From assembly GCA_963693365.1 (NCBI GenBank), contig CAVNZM010000012.1, forward strand, positions 6,026,889-6,090,888: 64,000 nt of DNA, read 5' to 3'. Positions 1 to 32,300 of the stretch are shown here, one piece after another. The notes beneath the pieces are model-generated. The model was given only the letters and a program-made list of their open reading frames with translations. It ran no database searches and was not told the origin of the DNA. Position 1 is the stretch's first letter. The number at the start of each line of letters is the position of its first letter. A program made the position numbers and the translations under genes. Origin of the DNA: Amoebidium appalachense (Eukaryota > Protista > Ichthyosporea).

Positions 1-34
1 GAGGAGGCATGAGGGAATGTGTTTATGTTTGTGT

Positions 35-68
<34 letters not shown>

Positions 69-301
69 TAGGTAATGTCGAGATATGGAGGGCAGATAGT
101 AACAGCCAATACTTATCCATCACCCGTTCTCACTTTCTTTTTGTGTACCAACGTTCTTCGTCAAAAAAAAAAAAAAGAAGAAGAAGAAAAAAGTGAACAC
201 CGAAAACATACACGTCATTGTCAGGCGTGTGTAAGTGCATGTGCCTGGAACAGGGGCATGGGGACAAAAATCTGAGAAGTATGTGTTTGTGTGTGTGTGT
301 G

Positions 302-332
<31 letters not shown>

Positions 333-513
333 AAGGGGGGGAGCGGGACGGGGAGGGGGGGGGGGGGGGGGGGAAGGGAAATAGTCAGAGGGTGGGGAAG
401 AAGTGGGGGGAGGGAGAGGGAAGGGGGAGGGGGGGGGGGGGGAGGAGATGTGAAGGGGGGGGGGGGGGGGGGTATAGGAGTTTGAAAAGGAAACAGTACA
501 GAGGCCAACACAC

Positions 514-1345
514 CAAATACGGGGGCTAGGCACATGAACGTAATTACGAAGCACGTCTGTAAAAGCCCCCCCTCGGTGAAGGTCAACTCATGAAGAAACC
601 CTGCCTTTTCGGGGTCTTTGATGCTCAGTACCCCTAAATGGAGCAAGAACGAAGGAAGGGACCAGGGGATGAGGAGGGTAATGGGGAGGGAGGGCGGGCA
701 GGGGATGGGGGGGGGGGGGGGGGAGTAAGAAGGAAGGTGCCAGAGAGGGAGGAGGGTAATTTGGAGGGCCGGGGAGGGGGGGGGGGGGGGGAGGGTCAAG
801 TGTAAGGGATGGGGGTGTTTGAAAGACAGGGGACTAGCATACAATAGACCAAGCTGAGTCAAGTAGACACAACACAACACCTGCCCCATTGCTATTCATG
901 AAGAAAATGAGCATACATGGTGCGGGTCCACACACACACATACACACACACACACATACACACACACATACACACACACACACACACACCGACAGATACA
1001 GACACACACACACATGCATACACACACCGACACACACTCACACCCACACCCACACCCACACCCACACCCACACACACCCACACACACACAAGCACACACA
1101 CAAACACGCTGCGCACAGACACAAGGACACACGCACATCCGCACACGCACGCATACGCACGCACCGCACCCACCCACCCACACACGAACACATGCACACG
1201 CATGCGCACGCACACACACGCACACACACACACAAGCACCTGAGATCGTCATCCTGTCCATGTAGTTCAGCAGGTTGATAAGAAACAACACCAGCAGCGA
1301 TACTTGCCGCTCACTGGCGGTCACAATTTTTCCACGAGAACTCAT
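514..1345 (-). CDS. SPNS1: Spinster-like MFS transporter (SPNS1 family), first two coding exons; the gene continues beyond the left edge of the window
   Basis: Exons 1345-1240 and 633-514 have GT-AG boundaries and splice in phase to MSSRGKIVTASERQVSLLVLFLINLLNYMDRMTISGVLSIKDPEKAGFLHELTFTEGGLLQTCFVITFMCLAPVFG. This matches the Spinster signatures INLLNYMDR and GLLQT.F....M..APVFG. Confidence 0.88.
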
Positions 1346-2164
1346 GGCTGCGACTGCGGTTAACCTGCCCAGTTCCCAAAAGGATTATTACCACAGAGAA
1401 GACTAGGTAGGACTGGGAGAGTGCGTGTGAGGGGACGGAGAGAGGGGGAAGGAGTGAGAGGGGGGGGGTGGAGGAGTGGGGGAGTTGGAGGCAAAGTAGC
1501 ATGGAATGCGATGGATGGGAGAAAGGCGTGGGGCCAGGAAGGAAGTGAGGGTATGTGCACACGGGGAGCAGGAGCAGACACAGTTATATAACAGACGTAA
1601 GATGGGAAGGTATACGTTTGATAAAAACATCGAGAAGCAATGCTCGACATTTTCCTTACATGAGGAAATAGATGAGAAAGAAAGTGCAAACACTATTATA
1701 GCGGGATAGCTAACACATGCCCCTGAAACCTCAAGTGAATCAACTAGAGTGGGTAGGTGAATAACTTTCATATACCTTTAACGTTTTCCTGATGTTTGGG
1801 TGCTCAATCGCTCACGGTCGCTTTCCTTATCTGAATCTACCCCAACCTTGATCAGGTTTGTACGTTCTTTTCACTTACAGCTGCCCATGGATGGAGCAAC
1901 CCACTTAAAAAGTACCTGTGCAATATCTGCAAACGACGTATGTCTCTACACGATGCTGTGCGCAGCCTAAATGAATTTTTACACACGTACGCAGTGCCTT
2001 GACAGAAATTATGTATAGTTTTCTCCTCCCTTTTTGATCTTTTCGTATGTATGCTTTTTCCAAATCCGACAGCAGCAAACACACCGTTGAATTCGAAACT
2101 CGGAGAAAAACCGTGGCAAACAACAGGACTCAACAGTCAACGTTAACAACCTTCTGACGGCATT

Positions 2165-2216
2165 TGATTACGTCACATAGATAATGTTTTTATTGGGTTA
2201 TCAGCCAACCAATCAC
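2165..2216. promoter_or_regulatory. Putative promoter of the SPNS1-like gene (CRE-like and CCAAT motifs)
   Basis: TTACGTCA, ATTGG and CCAATC cluster in an AT-rich, repeat-free stretch upstream of the gene. A possible 5' UTR donor (CAG|GTAC on minus) lies near 1915. Motif inspection only. Confidence 0.35.
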
Positions 2217-2399
2217 CTTGTGCGTACTGTGAGCCACTGGCAGAGTGAATGAGTGATTTCGGGTCTAGAGAAAAAAACATTACTTACAGCTTTGTGGCAA
2301 TTTTGTTGCTTTTTTTATCAAAAATGTTTGCTATAACCCCTACTACATTTTGGGTAAGAAAAAGCAATCATTACAACTATGTCTGGGCTGGTTACCATG

Positions 2400-13930
<11,531 letters not shown>

Positions 13931-14329
13931 ATGAAGTGACACGTTACAGAGAGGGTGGGTGCTGTGTCGGTAGACAGTGACAGCAAAATAAGTACTTGTT
14001 CGTCTCAGGGTGGCTATTCAACCGTTCACTACCTCCCAGGAATTGTTTTTTTTTCTTGAATACAGAAAAGTGTTCTGGTATAAAAGGCGAAAGTGCAATA
14101 CTTGGAACGAATTCCGGTGTATGACGAGATATAGTGTCCAAATTCGTGTAACTTAGTACACTGATTAGAGTACCACCCGCCCCTAGTGTGCCTCTGTTTG
14201 GCCATTTAGACTTTTACTCAAACCTTCCCACTCTCCTTTCAAACCCGTATTTCCTTTCTCTTTCTCTCATTTTACCCTCCCCCCCCCCCCCCTCCCCCCT
14301 CCCCTCACCCTTCTATCCTAGTCGCCACC

Positions 14330-20174
<5,845 letters not shown>

Positions 20175-21133
20175 TTGGCTGAAAATCATTCACTGAACAA
20201 ATCTTTTTCAACAAACCAAACAATATGAGTGGTTGGTTATCATGCGTTGACCAATTTAGCCATCTCTGCAAAGCCATGCTAAAAACTATTACTATCTAGA
20301 ACCTTTTTTTGAACATGTATTTTTGCTTTATTGCTCCTCTTTGAAATCAGTCTATTACGTGACGTCTGGCCGAGAAACAGATTCCCAGGGGACCCCTACC
20401 GAACAACATACCAACATTGCAAAATGAAAAGGGAACTATGCTTTTGACCAATTGACCGGCGAGTTTAAATATAGCGGCTTCTTAGGGCCAGCATGGAAGA
20501 TGTATGTTAGCATTTAGGGTGTTTCTATTGGTGGTTCTCTCCTATGATGCATGCAATCGCTGGTAGTGTTATTACCGCAGCATAAATAGGCTATATTGCT
20601 CTTCGACTCCCACGAGAGCTATTAATCACACCTAGTGTTTTTCATGCATGACGTCATTATTTGCATTTTGCGAACACTCCTTTATATCAAAGCAGGGCAC
20701 ATGTTGACACTTGCATGACCCGCTGTGCTTGCTTGCACGCATGCACGTGTGTGCTCGTTCGTGCAAGATAGACACGTGCGTGCTTTTCGAACAACAGCAC
20801 CAAGACCCCCATCCTGTCCCACAATCACATTTCTGCTTTCGTGCATTCACCCACCAGCTGATTTTACTCCCGTCAGTTGGGTGACGATCCACACAAATGC
20901 ATGCCGCTATGGTGGTGTGCAGCTGACCTTGAGGACCACCCACACTGGGTAGGAAATGGTTTGTCGCCCACTGTATTAAATGCTGAAAAAGTCTTTCGCC
21001 GGCTGCCCCCCCCCCCCTCCCCCTCCCAACCACCACCACCACCACCACCACACACACACGCCTTCCTCCCCCCCTTCTCACCCCCTCCCTCTTCCCCCCC
21101 CCCCCCCCCCCCCCCCCTCCCCCACGTTCATCC

Positions 21134-21435
21134 ATCCCCACATGGATATGCACACATCTGATTCAGCAGCCTTCACATGTCACCTCCTTTCACCCAACTC
21201 GGTGACTGCCCAGGACCACCACACAGGCAAAAATTGCACATCTCCTATACTCCCTAAGGCTTACACAATGCCCCTCCATTCTACTACCAGCATTGTAAAT
21301 GCTTTGGTTTTTATTTTTTCTCCTTTGGGGGGAAGGGGGGCGGGAGGGGAGGGGAGGGGGAGGGGGGAGGAGAGGGGAGGGGGGAGGGGGGGACTGGGGG
21401 GGCTGAATCAGATGTGTGCATGTACATGTGGGGAT
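21134..21435. repeat. 34-bp inverted repeat pair with a 234-bp spacer
   Basis: 21134-21167 ATCCCCACATGGATATGCACACATCTGATTCAGC is the reverse complement of 21402-21435 with 2 mismatches. Confidence 0.8.
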
Positions 21436-21493
21436 GAATTCCGAAAAAAGCCACAACACCACGTGCACCACCATCACCACTAACACACACACA

Positions 21494-21570
<77 letters not shown>

Positions 21571-22361
21571 GCGCACACACACACACATACACACATTCAC
21601 ACACACACATTCACACACATACACACACACACACATACCGTGGCATGCACACATACACACAAGACACCCACACATACCACCAGGCTCCTCTGTATGTGAC
21701 TGTGGGTCACACGGTGTATGTTGATACGAAAAGGGGGGGGGGGAGGGGGGGGGGGGAAGGGGGGAGGGGGGAGGCGGTGGGGGGGGGGGGGGGGGGGCTT
21801 TTTTTTTTGTTGGGGGGGGGTGGGGGGGTGGAAATGGATAATGTATTGGGAAAGACCAGCATATGGGTGAGACAAACAAGACTACTACATGTTGCACTGT
21901 ATACTCTGTATATACGGACCTAAACTGCTATTCCGTCCCACAATCACATTTACGGCTTTGTGCATTCACTCACCAGCTAATTTCACTCCCGTCAGTTGGG
22001 TGACCGCCCACACAAATGCGTGCCACTCATGCCACTATGAGCTATGGTGGTGTGCAGCTTCTTCAACGCCGTAGCGAGCAATTATTGAAGGGGAGCAAAT
22101 GGTTGCCCAAATCAATTGCTGAAGCTTCCGACTTTGCCAACCGCCTTCCCCCCCCCCCCCCCCCCCTCTCTCCTCCCTCTTCCAACCCACCATCCCTATG
22201 CGGACACACACCCACATCTGACTGTGTGTTTTAGCTTCCATGTCACCTCTTTCAACTGCGCCACAACCACAGGCCGCTGCGTACACACAGCCATGAAGCC
22301 TAACCCCTGTCACCCCCTCCCCCCCCCCCCCCCCCCCCTTTCCACCCCCTCCCCCCTTCCT

Positions 22362-22392
<31 letters not shown>

Positions 22393-22894
22393 CACGGGTA
22401 GTTCAATGTCATGTAGATGCTCTTCCTCAGATCCACGCAAACCGCTGTTGTTGTTCTTACATGCATTCTTACAAATAAACATGTGCACGGGCACACCAAA
22501 ATCAGTTGGAAATAAATTTCTTAGTAGGCTGTACAAGGGGATGCATGTTGCAGTGTCGGGAGTGTAGTACAGACAGATAGTGATAACGATGCCTATGATA
22601 CCCGGTTCCCCATACCTTCTCCTGTACTGCAGAACCGCTTTCGATCAGAGCACCTTTGTACAAGAATAAAAACAACCGACTATTTATTATATCATCATGC
22701 AGTAATGTTATAAGCAACTATGTGTCATTATGTACACTCTCACATCCAGGCTGGCCCCTACCAGTACTAGTATTATTGATTCAGGAAAAAAAAAAAAAAG
22801 AGGGGGAGGGAGGGGGGGGGAAGAGGAGGAGGAGGTGAGGTCGGGTGCCCTTGCTGTCTGTGTGTGTGACACCGCAGCATGTGCAGAAGTGTGT

Positions 22895-22925
<31 letters not shown>

Positions 22926-25253
22926 GGGGGAAGAGAGAAGAGGGGGATGGGGGGGGGGGGATGGGGGGGGGGGGGAGTTTGGGGGGAGGGAGGGGAGGGA
23001 GAGGGAATATATCGATAGGAGACGGGGGAAGAGGAGGGGAGAGAGGGGCACAGGGGGGGGGGGGGGGGGGGGGGGGGGGAGAATGGGGCAGGGGATACGG
23101 GCATGAACAATTGGGGTTCGGCCAGACGGCAGTGGGAATTTCCCACGGCACCCACCCTCCCCTCTCTTAGCCGGGTGTTTGTGTGTGTGTTTGGGTTGGG
23201 GGTTAGGGTTAGGCTAGTAGTATGGTCATCCATATCCGGGCCCAAACTGTTAGCCCATGTACAGTATAAAGACATCTCTAACAAAAGCTCAGGCTCACCA
23301 TACTATCGATTTCCCACAATCACAGTTAGGGCTTTGCGCATTCACACACCAGCTGATTTCACTCCCGTCAGTTGGGTGATCACCAACACAAATGCATGCC
23401 ACTAAGGTGATTGTGCAGCACGTGTGATCGGCTCCATGAAACGCCCACACAGTTACGGCAGCCGGTTGGTAGGAGGCAAATGGTCGCCCGTAACGGCTGC
23501 TGAAGAGTCCTCCTTCCCCACCAATGCTTGTGGGTCATGCACATGCTAGCATTCCACTGGCAGGTTAGCTGCTGTTGTTGTTCTTGCATGCATATTTGGA
23601 AGCACAAGCAATATGTATGACATATGAAAAAGGGTACAACACAGGTACACTCGATGTTAAGTTATAAGGTTGACAAAAGACCTATGTTGCAGTGGCGAGT
23701 GTAGCATAAATTGATGGTGATATCAATACCGGATGATGCACGGTTCCCCATGCAGGCTCTTCTCGTATACCCTTGCATTGTTGCTTTTGACCAGAGCACC
23801 TTTGTACAAGTCTTAGAATAGAAACAACCGACTGCTTATCATATTTTGCCGTTACTTTCTAAGCAGTTACACTCTCACACCCAGCCTGGCCTTTATTAGT
23901 ACTAGCTGCTTGTTGGTTCAAATGGAAAAAAGGGGGAGTAGAGGAGGGGGAGGGCGGGGGGCCGGGGGGGGGGGGGGGGGGGGGGGGGGGGATGGAGGGA
24001 GGCTGAAGAATTGGCATGTGTGTGGTGGTTTGTCGGTATTGTGTTGGGTGAAAGAAAGTACTTCACATACGCCAATGTGATGTGTGTTTGTGTATAGGGG
24101 TGGGGTGTTTTTTTCTTTTCTTTCTCCCTCTCTCTCTTTCTCTTTTTTTTTTTGAGGGGGAGGGGGAGGGGGGAGGGGGGGGGGGGTTGGTTCTGCAAAG
24201 AATTATTCAGCAATTAATCTGGGCAACCATTTGACCCTTATCCCCCTGATAAAGGGACGTGGTCCAGGGTTGCACACCACCATAATGGCAAGCATTTGTG
24301 TGGGTGGTCGCCCAACTGACTGGAGGGAAATCAGCCGGTGGGTGAATGCACGAGGCAGTAAATGTGATTGTGGGACGAATTGGGGGCCTTGGCGCTGTTG
24401 TCAGAGATGTCTGCCTACCATAAATGAATTGATAGTTTAGGCCCGGATATGGACGACCATAGGCTGTTAAATGCTGGCCTTTACCTTACACTCTCCATAC
24501 CCTCCTCCCCCCCCCCCCTTCCCCCGCCGCCCCCCTCCACCCCCCCGCCCCTCATCCCCCGTCCTCCCCTCCCCCCCCCCCCCCCCCCTCTCCCCTACAC
24601 GGACACACACACACAAAAAAAGGAAAAAAGACAACCCGGGCCCACTACCGCCACTATGTTGCTATCCCCCGAGCCATACTCCCGCCTCCCCTGACCCCCT
24701 CCCCCCCACCCCCTCCCCCCACCCCCCGCCGCCGCCGCCGTCTCCTAGAGCTCCCCCCATCCTCGGCCTCCCCTTCCACACACACACACACCGTGACACG
24801 CACACAGACACACAGACACACACACATGCCTACTTGTGTGTGTGCACATGTACACACACACACACACACACACTCTCTCTCTCTCTCTCTCAAGACACCC
24901 CTACAGGGAATTCACACACATACCTCCAGCGAATCAACTCTGAGGTAGTGTATGTGTGTGTGACTGACTATATGTGTGTGTGTGTGTGTGTGTGATGAAT
25001 AAGGAGCGGGACGAAGTGAGCTGGGGGGTCCCACTGGACCGTACACCTTTATGCCCATGTTCACCCACACTGCCTTTGCACACATTTAGTCTCCGCATGC
25101 ACAGAACCGGACAAGGTACTGCGTGCAAGCACTCAAGAACTATCGACCCAGGTCTGAGACCCAAAATGCAGAAAAGTAGAACGATTTGGACGCTGTGTCT
25201 CTCAGAGAGTGCGGCAAGGGGAATGGCAGTGGTGGTGTGTTGTGTGTGGCACG

Positions 25254-25302
<49 letters not shown>

Positions 25303-25689
25303 CGTGCGTGCGTGTGTGCGGGTGTGCATGCATGTGCGTCCGTGTGCGTGTGCGTGCGTGTGCGTGTGCGCGTGTGCCCCGTGTATGTGTGTGGAAGGGG
25401 AGGGGCGATGGGGGGGGGGGAGCGGGGGAGGGGAGGAGGAGAGGGGGCCCCGGGAGGAGGGAGGAGGGGGAGGGGTGATGGGAGAATGGCGCAGGAGATG
25501 TGGACAAAAGTTCTGGTAGGGGCCTGGGCCAGGTGGGAAGGGAGAAAGTCTTCTTTGCTTTCCTTTTTTCCCCCTTCTTTTTTTTTTTACCGCGCGTGTG
25601 CCTGTGTGTGTGGAGGGGAGAAGGGAGGGAGGGAGGGGAAGGGGGGAGGGGGTGTGTGAAGAGAGAGCGAGAGCGAGAGAGAGCGAGAG

Positions 25690-26040
25690 CAAGGGCCGCC
25701 AGGCGCCGGCCCGACGGAAGGCCAGAAGGCGGAAGTGCAGTGCGGGGGTCAGCGCCGGCAGGAAGGAAAGCAGATGACGTCGGATGGTGAAGGAGTGTGG
25801 AAAGTGCACATACCTAAATTAATTTTTTTTTCATGCCTAAAATATGTTTTCTAAGGCGGATGTATTTTCCTTCTAGGGCTAACTGACACATATATGTGGT
25901 GGCTAATCTTTTGAAACTTTGTTTACATAGGACCGCCAATCAGCTTGCGGTGAAACAGATCAGCCAATAGGAAAGTAATAAACCTGTCGTCAAGTTGCGG
26001 CCAGCTGTGACTTCCAGATCCGATCCTCGTCGACCTCGAG
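25690..26040. promoter_or_regulatory. Orphan promoter-like island inside array B
   Basis: Two GCCAAT boxes (about 25934 and 25963), a TGACGT motif and CGGAAGT, flanked by CpG-rich unique sequence on both sides. No recognisable coding exon is nearby. Confidence 0.3.
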
Positions 26041-26146
26041 CTCACTCACACACTCACCAAACACACGTATACCCTGAGGCACTCACACATGCACGCACAC
26101 ACACGCAAACATGCGTATACACACACACACATACGTACCCACATAC

Positions 26147-26260
<114 letters not shown>

Positions 26261-26527
26261 CACACAAACACACACACACATGCACATATGTATATATACA
26301 TATATGCACACAGGAACTCACGCACACACACACACACACACACACAATGAGAAAGAAAAAGACAGAGAGAGAGGGGAGAGAGAGAGGGAGGGAGAGAGAG
26401 TACATGCACAAACACACACATAACACACACACACCACAGTACACGCACATAGGCTCACGCACGCTCCCAATCACACAGACTCAGTCACACGCACCGTGAC
26501 ATGCACACACCACACACTCACACCGTG

Positions 26528-26646
<119 letters not shown>

Positions 26647-27425
26647 CACACACAAACACACACAAGTGTACACACAGAAACACACATACAAACACATTTC
26701 TGCATGCACGTGTACACGCACACACACACACCAACACACAACCAATACCTTTTCAGGCGTGCAGTGGGGATGAAAAGAACACACATATCCTACTAATTGA
26801 GACATAATACTAATAAAGACATAAGATAAACTTTATGGGTGCCAGGGGGGAGGGGGGGGCGCGGGGGAGGAAGGGGGAGGGGAGGGGGAAGGAGGGGAGG
26901 GAAAGGAGGGAGGTGGGGAGGGAGGGAGAGGGGGGGGGGGGGGGGAGAGGGTAATGCGAGACTCCGAGAGCTCTGTTAGGCCAATAGGTGCACATGTGCA
27001 CGTGGTGATTCACGGTGAGTCAGACGTCACGCCTGATACAGATTAAACAAGGGGGATTCAGGATTTCTTATCACGGTGATTTACCTACAAAACTATAAGT
27101 ATTCGGTTTTTTTTTTTTGGTTCAACTTTGGGGGGGGGTTGGGAGGGGGGATACTAAATTAGCAGAAATTGTCGAAAAGGATTGTACGCTTGCCTTGTTT
27201 TAATTTTCAAATTGGTTAGATTCCTATGCTGTTTGGGTTCAATTGTGGACATTCAATGGATCCAGGAATCCGAACTTGTTTTTTTTTTTTGTTTTGATCA
27301 GACCTTATGTCCTTGGAAAATCAAAGAAAGGGGGAGGGGGAGGGGACCGTTGTGTCTGTCTGTAATAATTGTGTGTGTGTGTGTGTGTGTGCGGACAGAG
27401 GGGAGGGGGGAGGGGGGAGGAGCGG

Positions 27426-27475
<50 letters not shown>

Positions 27476-28041
27476 ATTGGTCGTAGGTGGTGTCCGAACA
27501 GTTTATACCCCATGCACCATATGATGATTTTCTTTTTTCCCCTGCTCTCAGAGCAAAATATTCTAATTGGTTGACATGTTGACTCGGAGGGTTTTAAGCC
27601 CACAATGTCACCAAAAACCTGGTACCACAAACAGCGAATCGTGAACCGTAAAAATACCAAACACTTCTAAACCCTTATCCGACCTCTCGAACCTTTGCTG
27701 CACAGTTAATAACCATAGGAATTAACTGACCCAAAGCCAAATGTTGGAACATAACATGTTCAACCAATAATATACAATGCCAGACTGTCTGATGGGTCCG
27801 ATTTAATTTAAAAACATCTATTTGGCGGGGACACAAGAACCACAACGTCTATTCTCGGGCACATCACTAATAGATGTGGCGGGTAAGAAGAAAGGTGACA
27901 AAATTGGCGTGTGTGTGGTGGTCCGCGTGGGTATTGTGTTGGGTGAAAGTACTTGACATATTGAATTCAGATGTGTGTTTATGTTTAGGGGTGGATGGGT
28001 GGGCGGGTGGTTGTTTTCTTTTTTTTTTTTTTTTTTTTTTG

Positions 28042-28088
<47 letters not shown>

Positions 28089-29056
28089 GGGGGGGGAGAG
28101 GCGGGGAGGGGAAGAGGGGGGGGAGGGAGGGGGACGGATGAAGAAGGAGGGGAGTCCGACATAGGATTCTTCAGCAGTTTATCTGGCAACCGCTCGACCC
28201 TTAGTCGCCTGAGGATGGGTTTCACTGGATTCCATCGTTGCACACCACCATAATGGCATGCATTTGTGTGGGCAGTCACCCAACTGACGGGAGTGAAATC
28301 GGCAAGTGGGTGAATGCACAAAGCCATGGCTTTGATTGTGGGACAGGATGGTGTGGTCTTAGCTGTTGTTCTGAGATGTCTGCATACCATACATAATGGA
28401 CAGTTTAGAGACGGATGTGGACGCCCACAGGCTGTTTAATGCTGGGCTTCACCTTACACTCTCCATACATACAACCCCTCCAAACCCCCCTCCCCCGTCC
28501 TCCCCCCACCCCCCCCTCCCTCCCCCTTCCCCTTCCCCCCCCCCCCCCCCCCCCCCCCCCCAACATCACACACACACACACACCTTGAAACAAAAAAAAG
28601 GGGAAAAAAACAGCCCTTCCTACCGCCCCACCGGGCCGGGCCCACTACCACCAAGTTGTTGCTGTCTCCTGCGCCATTCTCCCCCCCCCCCCCCCCCTCC
28701 CCCCCCCCCCCCCCCCCAAAAGCATAATGGCATTTCTGACAGGCTGGGTTTGTAGCGATATTATCACCCCTCAAGAACACTTTTTTGGCTGTTATCGATA
28801 TTTTTTCTGAAAGCTTATAAATTTTACTATATTGTTTTGTAGAAATGATAGTCCTGCAGGCAGCGCTCCAGCCAAAAACGTTAGCCAGCAAGGAGACAAA
28901 ACGAACCTTTTATGGTTTAACTTAGCCACCTGCCAAGAATGGTGCGTAAATAATTGGTTAAATTTGATTGGGTAACACGTGCCATCATGCTCCCCCCTCC
29001 CCCCTCCCCCCTCCCCCCCAGGCCCCCCCCCCTCGACCCTCCCCTTCCGCATACAC

Positions 29057-29108
<52 letters not shown>

Positions 29109-29217
29109 CCACACACATCCACACACATCCACACTCGCGAGCGCACACACACACACACACACAACACATCCCCACAAGGAAGTTGCACAAACCCTTCCAG
29201 TGCATTACTCCGAGGTG

Positions 29218-29302
<85 letters not shown>

Positions 29303-32300
29303 GAATAAGGAGGGTGATGAAGTGGGATGGGAGGGCTCAATGGACCGTACTGTGTGTCCATATTCACCCACGCTGCCTTTGCACACACTGTGCATGCATG
29401 GAGGGCAAGGTACTGCGTGAGGTGATGTGTGTCTTGTTTGAAAGTGGTTCTAGTGGGCCCGGGCCGGTGGGAAGAGAGGGAGGGGGTTTGTCCCTCTCTT
29501 TTTCTTTTCTTTTCCACGTGCCTGTATGTGTGTATAGGAGGCCCCCGGTGGGGGACGGGAAGGGCAGGGAGGGGGGGGGGGGGGGGGGGAGGGAGGGGGG
29601 AGCGTGGGGGTATGGAGAGTTTAAGAGGAAACCCATCATCATACAGCATACGGTCTTCCATTTCGCTTGTGGCCTAAATTGCTAACAGGCCGTATACAAT
29701 ATGAAGCCTTCTAACATGTCAACAGTCCCAAGTCCCCCATTTCATTCCACAATCACATCTACGGCTTTGTGCATTCACACACCAGCTGATTTTACTCCCG
29801 TCAGGTGGGTGAGCACCCACGTACACAAATGTATGTCATTATGGTGGTTTTGCACTCGTTCACAGCTTTTCTGCAAATTCCCATGGTAAGCCCTTGCTGA
29901 TGGGCAAATGGTCGCTGATGACCATTGCTGAAGGTTCCGCTGCAGACCCTCCACTCCCCCCCCCCCCCAAGGAAGTTTCACCAGCACCACCAGCAAAACC
30001 AACGGTTCCCAACCACCCATTCACCCTTATACATATGTACACACCTGTTTGGGAAGGGGGAGGGGAGAGAGGGGGGGGGGGGGGGGGGGGGAGGGGGGGG
30101 GAGCTATTTAGCCGTATGGTGGAGTCCGAATGGCATTTTTTCCGTGCACCATATATTAATTTCAACACAAAACATCCCCACTACATCCACCACCACAACC
30201 ACCACACGCATACCTGTGCGCGCACACACAAACCCACCCACGTACGCACACGCGCACGCGCGGGCACACAGTGTCACACACACTGACACACACTTCTTCT
30301 CCACCAGTTACCCTCATCTAGGCCAACCTTCACCAGGCTTCCCCCCCACACCCCCCACCCTCATCCCCCCCCCCCCAAAAAAAAAATAAAATAAAATAAA
30401 AAAATAAATAAAGACTAAAAATAAAAAATAAAAAATCCCTATCCCCGCCCTTTGTTGCGGGCACTTGGTTATATCGGAAAGGGGTACACTTGGCCACTCA
30501 CATGTCCCACTGTGCGTGCTGTGCGCATGCACGTGTGCACTTTCGTACGCCTGCAAGGTGGGCACGTCCTTCTCTGGGAGCATGCAACTAACTGCACATG
30601 TCCACTCATGGACTCTTTCTATTCCTCTCGTGCTTTTCGTTTCATGGTTGTACGTTTTGCAATCTGCCCTAGCACATCAAGCCCTTGCTGCTGGGCAAAT
30701 GGTCGCCCATAACCATTGCTGAAGAATCCGCTGCAGACCCCCCTGCCCCCCCATCCCCGCCCCCCCCTCCCCCCTCCCTCCCATTAAGCTTCACCACCGC
30801 CCCACCACCAGCAAAACCACCGGGCCCCACCTACCCATTCACCCTGATACAAACACACATGTTTGGGAAGGAGGGGGGGGGGGGGGGGGGGGGGGGGGAC
30901 TATTTGGTCGTATGGTGGAGTCCGAATGGCATATTTTCGTGCACCACATGAACACAAAAAATCCCACCACCACCACAACCACAGCGAACACGCGCACACA
31001 CCCGGGCGTGCACGTGCACACACGCGCACACACGCACACACACATAGACACGCACGCACACACACACACACAAAAGCACATACACTCACACTCACACATA
31101 CTTCTTCCCCACCAGGTAACCCTCACCTAGACCACCTATTTACATGTTCCCCCCCCCCCCCCCCCCCCCCCCCGGGCACCTCCTCCCCCGTCTTTTTTTC
31201 CGAGCACTCTGCTATATCAGAGATTGGTACACGTTGTCCCTTGCATGTCCCACTGTGTGTGCTGCACGCATGCACGTGTGTGCACGTCCGTGCAAGGTAC
31301 ATGCACGTGCTTTTCTGAGGACACATAACTGCACATATCCATTCATGCACCGTTCCTGTTCCATTTTCCATTCACTATCCATGGTTATGCATTGCACCCC
31401 CCGTGTACACCAACATGTGGCAACCTCCAATACATAGTGCCCAAGTCATCATGCGTGTTTCGGCTGTCTCTCGCTTTCTTGTGAGTGTGTGCCAGACTGT
31501 GTGTGGGGGGAAGGGGCGAGGGGAGGGGGGAGGAAGGAGGGAGGGGAGAGTGGGGGGGAGGAGGGGGGGGGTGGGGGGAAAGGCTATCATTGGACAGCCT
31601 ATGGTGTTGCATATCGTTTTTAGCCGAAATTGTTAACAGGCTGTATACAGAATCATCTCTAACAACAGCCCGAAGGCCTCCATTTTGTCCCACAATCACA
31701 GCCACGGCTTTGATGCATCTACCAACCAGCTGATTTCATTCCCGGCCGTTAGGTGACCACCCACAAAAATGCATGCCACTATGGTCGTTTCGCACTTGCT
31801 GACGAACTTTTCTTGTCCAACAGTAAGAGACCCTGCTGATGGGCAAATGGTCGCCCATATCAATTGCTGAAGATTCTACTGTAAATCCCTCCCCCCCTCC
31901 CCCCCCCCCCCCCCCCCTCCAAATGAAGCTTCACCACCACCAGCAAAACTATGGGTTTCACCCACTTATTCACCCTTACGCACCTTACGCATACACACAT
32001 GTTTGAAAAGGCAGAGAGGGGGTTGAAAGCTATTTGGTCGTATGGTGGAAGCAAATGGCATATTTCCCGTGCACTATACGAACACACGAACCACCATCAC
32101 AACCAACACACTCACATATATTACACAAGCACACACACATACGAAGGCACGCGCGCCCACACGCACTTCTTCCCCACCAGTTACCCTCACCTAGACCGAC
32201 CTAAAGATGCCTTGCCCCCCTTCCCCCCCCCCCCCCGCACACACACACGCGCACACATAAATTCTTCCCCTTCTTTTGGCGAGCACTCTGTCAAAATTGG

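Noticed and set aside
834-880. Possible extra SPNS1 exon after CAG at about 881
   Set aside because: It has an in-frame stop (GVVLCLLDSAWSIVC*), and the flanking exons already join in phase.
23195-23215. Telomere-like GGGTTAGGGTTAGG
   Set aside because: Only about two units, in a G/T-rich context.
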